Source of the DNA: Octopus vulgaris
Taxonomy: Eukaryota
DNA: 64,000 nucleotides
Assembly (NCBI GenBank): GCA_951406725.2
Contig: OX597816.1
Location: forward strand, 169,818,001-169,882,000
Direction: 5' to 3'
Shown: positions 55,890-64,000 of the stretch, piece by piece
Position numbering within the stretch: the stretch's first letter is position 1
How the letters are laid out: each line of letters opens with the position of its first letter
Made by a program: the position numbers and the translations under genes
The notes under the pieces: model-generated
What the model saw: the letters and a program-made list of their open reading frames with translations, nothing else
Told to the model about the DNA's origin: nothing
Databases searched by the model: none

Positions 55890-57243
55890 ACATATATATA
55901 TATATTCAAAGATAGATACATAGACACATTGTTAACACAGCAAATATTGAATCTCACTTTCACTTATTATTATCACACAAGGATAAAATTAACTCGCAAG
56001 TGGTTGAGTACTCCGCAGATATTAACGTAGTTCTCAGGGAGATTCAGTCTCACACAGAATATGACAAGGATGGCCTCTTTCAATTACAGCTACTACTAAT
56101 TTTGGCCAGCTGAGTGGACTGGAGCAAGATAAATCTTCAAGTGGTTTGAAGAAAACGAAAAAAGATCCAATATAGGAGCAGAAAAATCTTTTTAGTCGTT
56201 AGGGTCATTATGGCTGTTAATTCGGCATTTGTGGGTCGCACAGATCTGGAGGCCAAGCCCTCAGATAAACACCGATGCGCAGGCTGTTGTTCTCAAACTG
56301 AACATGAGTCCAGAGCAAAGTCACTACATAACGGAATAGCAATTATTTAGTCTTAGCTTTCACTGCTTATGCTAAACACATGACATTCTTGCCTTACGAT
56401 ATGGGACATTTCTTTTCTTTCACTCTTTTTAAAAAAATGGCACTCCATCGCTTACGACGAGGAGGTTCCTGTTTATCTGATCAACGGATCTAAAAGACCA
56501 TGATAAACAATTTAATTTAAATAGGTTGATTCCCTCCATTTCATTCCCATATGATAAAGGCAAAGAATTCTGCCAACTCTGTAATAGTGAACTATTTTAT
56601 ACACTTTTTTCGAAGAATCCCCTTGTAAACACGGTTATAGAGCGTGCTTATCGATGTAAACATTGGCAGAAACATACCTTTAGTTCATATAAGTGATATC
56701 GACCATTATATATAATTTGAACATTGATTTTCTTCTTACATTTCACGTCCACTGGAGATATCTTTTTCCAGGCCTTTAAGCTTTTATTTAATTCACATAT
56801 CGCTCTATATTTCTCATTTATTAGTTTTCTGCTTATTTCTTTCCTTTACCCCTCCTCTTTCAATAGGCTACCTTTGACGTTATATCCACTAACGGTTTTC
56901 AAAAACCTTAATAGCGTTCCGTTCATCATTATACACATCTACCACGTTCTGTCAAAATATTTTATTGATGAGTTTGGTTTCTTTCTTTCTTTCCCTGAAG
57001 AGATTACATTGTTTTACACCATTTTATTCATTTCGAATAATACTAATGTTGTCTTCGAAACATGTGTCGGAAGTAAAAGAATTTGAATTACACCTGCGAT
57101 TAACTCCATTTATTTATTCATATATATTACACAAAATATTTCACATGAATCCGGAGTGTCTACCTTTAAAAACAAGGTAACTGCTCTGGTAACTGTTTAA
57201 CTATTTTTCCGTGTTAATTGTAAAGAAGGGAAAATACACGTAT

Positions 57244-57320
<77 letters not shown>

Positions 57321-57918
57321 CATATATATATATATTCAAAGATAGATACATAGACACATTGTTAACACAGCAAATATTGAATCTCACTTTCACTTATTAT
57401 TATCACACAAGGATAAAATTAACTCGCAAGTGGTTGAGTACTCCGCAGATATTAACGTAGTTCTCAGGGAGATTCAGTCTCACACAGAATAGGACAAGGA
57501 TGGCCTCTTTCAATTACAGCTACTACTAATTTTGACCAGCTGAGTGGACTGGAGCAAGATAAATCTTCAAGTGGTTTGAAGAAAACGAAAAAAGATCCAA
57601 TATAGGAGCAGAAAAATCTTTTTAGTCGTTAGGGTCATTATGGCTGTTAATTCGGCATTTGTGGGTCGCACAGATCTGGAGGCCAAGCCCTCAGATAAAC
57701 ACCGATGCGCAGGCTGTTGTTCTCAAACTGAACATGAGTCCAGAGCAAAGTCACTACATAACGGAATAGCAATTATTTAGTCTTAGCTTTCACTGCTTAT
57801 GCTAAACACATGACATTCTTGCCTTACGATATGGGACATTTCTTTTCTTTCACTCTTTTTAAAAAAATGGCACTCCATCGCTTACGACGAGGAGGTTCCT
57901 GTTTATCTGATCAACGGA
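55046..57918 (+). repeat. Near-identical tandem duplication (units 55046-56488 and 56489-57918)
   Basis: The units differ by scattered substitutions, a 1-nt indel and (TA)n length. The junction truncates a SINE at 56488 that continues after 57918. Confidence 0.95.
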
Positions 57919-58192
57919 ACAGTCTGCTTGTAAAATTAACGCGTACGTGGCTGAGTACTTCACAGACATGCATACCATAACATAAGGTAGTTCTTAGGGT
58001 CATTCAGCCTCACACAGAATGTGACATGGGTGGTCTCTTTGAATTACAGCTACAACTCATTTTTGCCAGCTGAGTGGGCTGCAGCAAAGTGAAAGGCAGT
58101 TCCTTGCTAAAGGACACAGCGAGCCGCCCGGAATCATACTCACGACTATACGATCGTGGGCCAAATATCCTTAATCAATGTGTCACGCACCT
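57870..58192 (-). mobile_element. SINE related to family A (diverged)
   Basis: Shares the family A 3' part (CTCCATCGCTTACGACGA...TCAACGGAACAG...); degenerate tRNA head near 58130-58190. Confidence 0.7.
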
Positions 58193-58809
58193 TTCCTCTC
58201 TTAATCGTAGACAAAAGGAGTGAAGCGATAGAGACAGAAAAAGGAAAGTCTCAGTCATTTAAAAAGACAAGTTGGAGTGAAATACGATCGATATTTTCTA
58301 GCTTCTTTACTTTTGACAATGAAGAGGGAAAGACATTTAGTAATGAATAGAGGGAAAGTCTTTCAAGTGTCTACGTTTGCGTTCTAGGATTTCTAAAATG
58401 ATCGACTGTTAGTTCTGTTTTCTCTCTCCCACCCCGGTACTTATTCGCTTTCTTTCATAGTTCTTCATGTCTTTCAGTTGGGAGAAAGACCATATCTCTT
58501 TTTCAGGCACGTTGAACATTTTCTCTACAAACTATAAACAAGCCCCACTCCCTTCTTTTCTTTTTTCATACAAAAACTAATGCAAATTTCGAAGGGGCTG
58601 TAGCTGTGAAAAGAGCCCAGAAAAATGGGTAATACCTCCTGCAAAATGGGTGGGGTAGAAAAGTTGCCAACAGGTGGCTACACGAAATTCAACTCTATAC
58701 TTTAAAGAGTGAATTCTTTCCCCTCAGGCCGACCAACGCCACGTGAGTGGATTTCACAGCAGGGAACTGAAAGAAGCCCGTCATATATGTAACCACAAGT
58801 AAATCGTTG

Positions 58810-59000
58810 GCAATTTTTTCCTTCGTCTTCATTTTTTCTTGAACTTACCATGTCTCCTGTTTCTGACGAAGAAATTTGCTCGAAATATAAAACCACCTTT
58901 CTTTCCTTCCCTGAGTGTCTGCTAATACTTTTCATGTACCACGTTCTCGCATTGTTGAATTTTTCTTGTGTTTCTTCTTCGTCCTCTTGGGATTTACTAT
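58810..59000 (+). mobile_element. PLE-type terminal repeat (relative of 5350-5496)
   Basis: GTTT-CTGACGA-agaaatttgctc-GAAA-tata-AAAC at 58859-58893, with the same downstream sequence. Confidence 0.6.
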
Positions 59001-59005
59001 ACATT

Positions 59006-59040
<35 letters not shown>

Positions 59041-59041
59041 A

Positions 59042-59394
59042 CTAGCTGTTGGACCCGGCGTTGCTCATGTTTTCCACCCACCTCTGAGCTTGTATTGAAT
59101 AAACATTTCCTTAGAGACTATTCTATCGACTTTGTTGAAAGTTTACGCGTGAAAAAATGCAAAAGCTGCAGGGAAAATAACATCGTTATGGGAATTTCCA
59201 TTCAAACTCCCGATTGAACTAACAAAAAGCTATGCCAACTAGGCATTATCGAGTTTAGAAAAATTCCGGCCTAATGTGAACTCCAGGGTATGCGGTATGT
59301 GTCAAAAATACTTAAAATCGGTTGGACGGTGTGGGAAGAGTTAGAGTAACTCCAAACACACACACAGACACCATTACACATTTATGTATATAGA
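59042..59394 (-). mobile_element. Non-autonomous Helitron (different family, related 3' end)
   Basis: Minus strand 5' TCTATATACATAAATG; 3' GAGCAACGCCGGGTCCAACAGCTAG; A|T junction. Confidence 0.7.
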
Positions 59395-59419
59395 TATATA
59401 CGTATATACTTATCTGTGC

Positions 59420-59642
59420 GTGTTTGTGTCTGTGTTTATCCCCACCACCACCACCACCACTGTTTGATAACCGACGTTGGTGTGTTTGCGTCCCCGTAAC
59501 TTAGCTTCTCGGCTGAAGAGACTGATACAATAATCCCTAGGTTTACAAGGAATAAGTCCATGGATCGATTTCTTCGACTAAAAGACGTTGCTCCAGCATG
59601 GCCACAGTCAAATGACTGAAACAATTAAAAGTATAAAAGAAT
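59420..59642 (+). mobile_element. SINE family B 3' half
   Basis: ...TGCTCCAGCATGGCCACAGTCAAATGACTGAAAC tail; a similar half-copy lies at 54620-54850. Confidence 0.75.
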
Positions 59643-60072
59643 ACCAGAAAATCAAGAAGGTTCTTTAAATATGTACGGCTAAATAGTAATTCTGCTTACG
59701 TTTGCGTAACTGAGGTATTTTGTTTGGATTCTATGGTTATCGGTTTTTCACATCTTTCTATATTCTGTAACTGTCAGAATACAGGAATATTTCTCATGGT
59801 ATCAGCACACAATTTACAGATGCTTACACTTTTTATATTTTCCGTAAATTTTTCACGGGTCCAGCTAGTTATTAGCTGCTGTTGCTGTTTATGTTTTTGT
59901 TGATCTTGTTATGATTGTTCGGGTTCCCTACTTTTTCTGTTTCAGAGGAAACGTATTATATTTTTCTTTATACGGCGAAGGTTTGTGGTAGTTGGAGTAT
60001 GGGCTGTAAACAAACATAGAAAGAAGACGAGTGGGAGAGAGAAAAGCAAACAAAAACGACAGAGGGAAAGTA

Positions 60073-60107
<35 letters not shown>

Positions 60108-60954
60108 GAGAGAGAGAGAGGGACAGATTCAACAAGATATATAATGAAGGGATGGCTGATAGAAAGGAGAGGAGAATATAATTAGGAAAGAGAGTAAGCA
60201 AACATTGCACGAAGAGAGTGGGAGAGGATAAGAATAAAATTGAAAGTAGGCTGAACGGCTGAAATGCGAAGACGAAGAGGTTCTTGAGAAAATAATGCTA
60301 AAAAGATGGTATTGTTATTATAATTTTTTATTATTATGCTATAAAAATTATACGAAAAGGAAGGTTATTGCTGAATGAATAATTTAACATAAAGTACAAG
60401 TAAATTTAAAGATAATTTAAGAAAGCTAGTGGATATATATATATATATATATATATATTTACAATAATAAGGTAATTAGAACGCTGGATGTTTATATACA
60501 TACACACACATATTATTTAGATTTTATTTTTAGTTCTTTCTTCCGTTATCGGATTTATCAACAATTGGTTTAAATTTAGAAATCTTGGCCTTTTTATATA
60601 TAACAAATTTTGTTGCTTTTGTCCAGCAAGAGAGTAGAAAGAAGAAAAAAAATTGAGACAGAGGGAAAGGTAAAGAGGTGTGGCTTTCGTATTAGTGTGA
60701 TAAGACTTGTTTTTCTTACCTGGTGGTATTTTAAGGTGAGGAAGGAAAAAAAATTCTAATTTTAACTCATCTTTTGATAAGTCAGATAATGGACGAAGGC
60801 GCTAAAAATGTAAAATGTAAATAAAAAAATATATACAATCATCCAACATTCTAACTACGTTATTATTCTAAATATATAATATCTGTACATCACTTCGAAA
60901 ACTCTAGCTCTCTCTTTCTCTCTTACTCTCTCTCTCTCATGATATATATATGTA

Positions 60955-61041
<87 letters not shown>

Positions 61042-61067
61042 ATATATATATATATACCTACATATAT

Positions 61068-61100
<33 letters not shown>

Positions 61101-61598
61101 GTACATATATGTTATATATATATATATATATATATATAGACATTAATGGAATTGAATGTCTCCAAACTATCCATTTGTAATAACAAATTTAGCACACTCA
61201 CCGGTGTGATTTCCACTCATATACTTATTATTTTTTACTAAAATATTCGATGCGACTTGCAATCTTTTCAGTAGTCGTTAATTCTGTCCGTTATAATTGC
61301 GTTCATTTTTTGTTGTTGTACGTATGCATGTGTGTCAGTGTCCGTGCGCATACACATATGCATGTATGTATGTATGTATGTATGTATGTATGTATGTATG
61401 TATGTATGTAGTATGTATGTATGTAGTATGTATGTATGTATGTATGTATGTGCGTATATATGTATGTGTGTGTACGCATGCATGTGTATGCATTTATATA
61501 AATATATATATATACGCATGGTGTACATGTTTATATGTATGTATGTGTTAAATTAATAAGGCAGTAAAAGAGAATTACTCTCCCCACACACAATATAC

Positions 61599-61723
<125 letters not shown>

Positions 61724-62129
61724 GTATCTATGTATGTATATACTAGTATGAGTACAGATGTGAAAATGCACTAGCAGCTAGCCACTTGCTAGAAATTCCC
61801 AGAGAGAAAGTATCGTGTTAAAAATCCGGACTTCGATGAAAGCGGCGGTGGACCTCCAGTCAGCGCGTTTTTACCTTTGTTAGTGTCACCAGTGACATAA
61901 TTTAATTCTAACGAGCATCTTATCTTTCGCACAAATAGTGTGTCGAATCAACTATGTCGAGGGTATTTATCACAAGATCAAATAAGTTCTAAACACCATG
62001 TTCGGCAATTCATCGTTCTAAGGAATGTCCTTAAAACAAAAATCGCTTTTAGACATTTCTTTGAGGCAAAATATTACAAATTATGCCCTTCCCCGTTTGC
62101 ATAAACACCAGAATTTTAATCTAAAGCTT

Positions 62130-62271
62130 TACCTTCCCACCTACCTACTTACCTACCTACCTACCTACCTACCTACCTACCTACCTACCTACCTACCTAC
62201 TTACCTACCTACCTACCTACCTACCTATCTACCAACCAACCAACCTACGTATCTATCTGTCTGTCTATCTG

Positions 62272-62328
<57 letters not shown>

Positions 62329-62360
62329 GTTTCTATCTATTTACCTATCTCTCTATCTAT

Positions 62361-62418
<58 letters not shown>

Positions 62419-62420
62419 GG
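62130..62420. repeat. (CTAC)n-(TATC)n-(TA)n compound microsatellite
   Basis: Directly visible. Confidence 0.95.
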
Positions 62421-63503
62421 ATACGTGTATTTTCCCCTTGTTTACAAATAACAAGGAAAAAATAAATAAACAGCTACCAGGGCAGCAAAAAATCACACAA
62501 GTAATAAGGACGTAACACCCTGTTTTTAAAAGTAGAAACTCCGGGTTCATGTGAAATATTTTGTGTAATATATATATGAATAACTAGAGTTAATCTCAGG
62601 TTTAATTCAAATTCTTTTACTTCCGACATATGTTTCGAAGAAAACATTGGTATTATTCCAAAGGAATAAAATGGTGTAAAACAACAGTGTAGTCTTCTCT
62701 TCAGAGAAAGAAAGAAAGAAACCAAACTCTTCAATAAGATATTTTAACAGAATGTGATGGATGTGTATAATGATGAACGGAGCGCTATTAAGTTTCTTTG
62801 AAAAGCGTTAAAGGATATAACGTCAAAGGTAGCCTATTGAAAGAAGAGGGGTAAAGGAAAGAAATAAGCAGAAAACTAATAAATGAGAAATATAGAGCGA
62901 TATGTGAATGAAATAAAAGCTTAAAGGCTTGGAAAAAAATATATCGAATGGAATTGAAATGTAAGAAGAAAATCAATGCTCAAATTATATATAATGGTCG
63001 ATATCACTTATATGAACTATAAGTATGTTTCTGCCAATGTTTACATCGATAAGTACGCTCCATAACCGTGTTTACAAGGGGATTCTTAGAAAAAAGAGTA
63101 TAAAATATCTCAGTATTACAGAGTTGGCAGAATTCTTTGCCTTTATCATATGGGGATGAAATGGGGAGAATCAACCAATTTAAATTAAATTGTTTATTAT
63201 GGTCTTTTAGATACCAAATTAATGAAATTCTGCCTTGTGCTGTTGCATTTATAACTATCCCTAAATGTAGAGTAATGGATTAGAAATTTTTTTAGATAAC
63301 TGAGAAGAACTACCTATATAAAAAAAGACATCGGTACACTGGTATATAGAGTTTTAATGTTAGCATTACTAGACATAAACTTAATTCTATTGGAATTGAC
63401 TTCAGAGACAATAAACTTGTTATTAATATTTCTTGGGAGATGGTTGGTATTAGCTAAATTAATATTAGTAATAGTACCTGGATTCTTATCTAACAGCTGT
63501 GAG
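62417..63503 (-). mobile_element. PLE linker, GIY-YIG and 3' UTR (inverted relative of 54850-55806)
   Basis: Reverse complement aligns with 54850-55806; ends in (TA)n on the left. Confidence 0.85.
62620..62709 (-). ncRNA. Type-I hammerhead ribozyme fold with intact core and long stem II
   Basis: Minus strand TTTCT-CTGAAGA-GAAGA...TCTTC-GAAA-CATATG-TC-GGAAG: canonical core, palindromic stem III ACATATGT and GTC triplet. Confidence 0.8.
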
Positions 63504-64000
63504 TCCGTAAAAACACGCCCGATGGTTTTGATGTTACGAGGGGAAGTTCTGATTCAGCACAAATAGCTGATTTTGTCGGTATATATATAATTTATGAAAT
63601 GGCAAACCAGTTACCAAGCATCAATGGAGGTCAATTTCGTGATGATTGTTTACCTTCAAAATGTTTCTGACCAAAATGTAGAAAAGGTTAAGAATAGTTT
63701 AGTTAAGTTTTTCTGTAGAATGGGCTTAGGCATCGTTTTTGATGATGATGTAATGAAGGCCAACTTTTTAGATATTACACTTAACTTACACAATTACTTC
63801 TCATACCACAAACCATCGTACAATCTTAAGTATATAAGCCAATTCAGTAATCATTCTAGAGCAATCATTAAGAACTTAGCTAAGAAAATTTCATTTAGAT
63901 TAAGTTAGCTGCTAATGTTGACATTTTTAACGACAAGGCTGAATTTTATAACTCTGCCTTACTTAAAACAGACTATATAGAGAAAGTTACCTACATTAAT
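63504..64000 (+). mobile_element. PLE reverse transcriptase fragment (Naiad-like motifs), runs off the window
   Basis: GFDVTRGSSDSAQIADFVG...GGQFRDDCL...VEKVKNSLVKFFCRMGLGI...ANFLDITLNL...YHKPSYNLKYISQFSNHSRAIIKN...RLS, frameshifted. Confidence 0.85.

Noticed and set aside
59840-59870. Complete Helitron ending at CACGGGTCCAGCTAG
   Set aside because: The 3' end resembles that at 35581, but no 5' end could be assigned.

Overview
Repeat-rich, AT-rich animal genomic DNA. The SINE families and the dense (TA)n/(CA)n/(TATC)n/(AAT)n microsatellites suggest an octopod cephalopod (inference). Almost all ORFs in the track are microsatellite or SINE artefacts. One host gene can be rebuilt by eye on the + strand from five phase-compatible GT-AG exons (16578-32430; 5' exon not found). 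It encodes a Cys-rich HExxH+E zinc metallopeptidase whose motif spacing recalls bacterial zincins. The rest is transposon debris: a mariner split by an RTE LINE, a second mariner, a decayed autonomous Helitron with nested insertions, small non-autonomous Helitrons, a DD35D pogo, Penelope-like elements (PLEs), at least three abundant tRNA-SINE families, MITE-like elements, a 1.44-kb tandem duplication and a U2 snRNA fused to a retroposon 3' tail. The most striking pattern is a set of insertions in (TA)n tracts built as inverted (palindromic) pairs, from about 130 bp up to the kb scale. Most carry minimal type-I hammerhead ribozyme folds on both strands, and one has a circularly permuted ~345-nt unit resembling a retrozyme.
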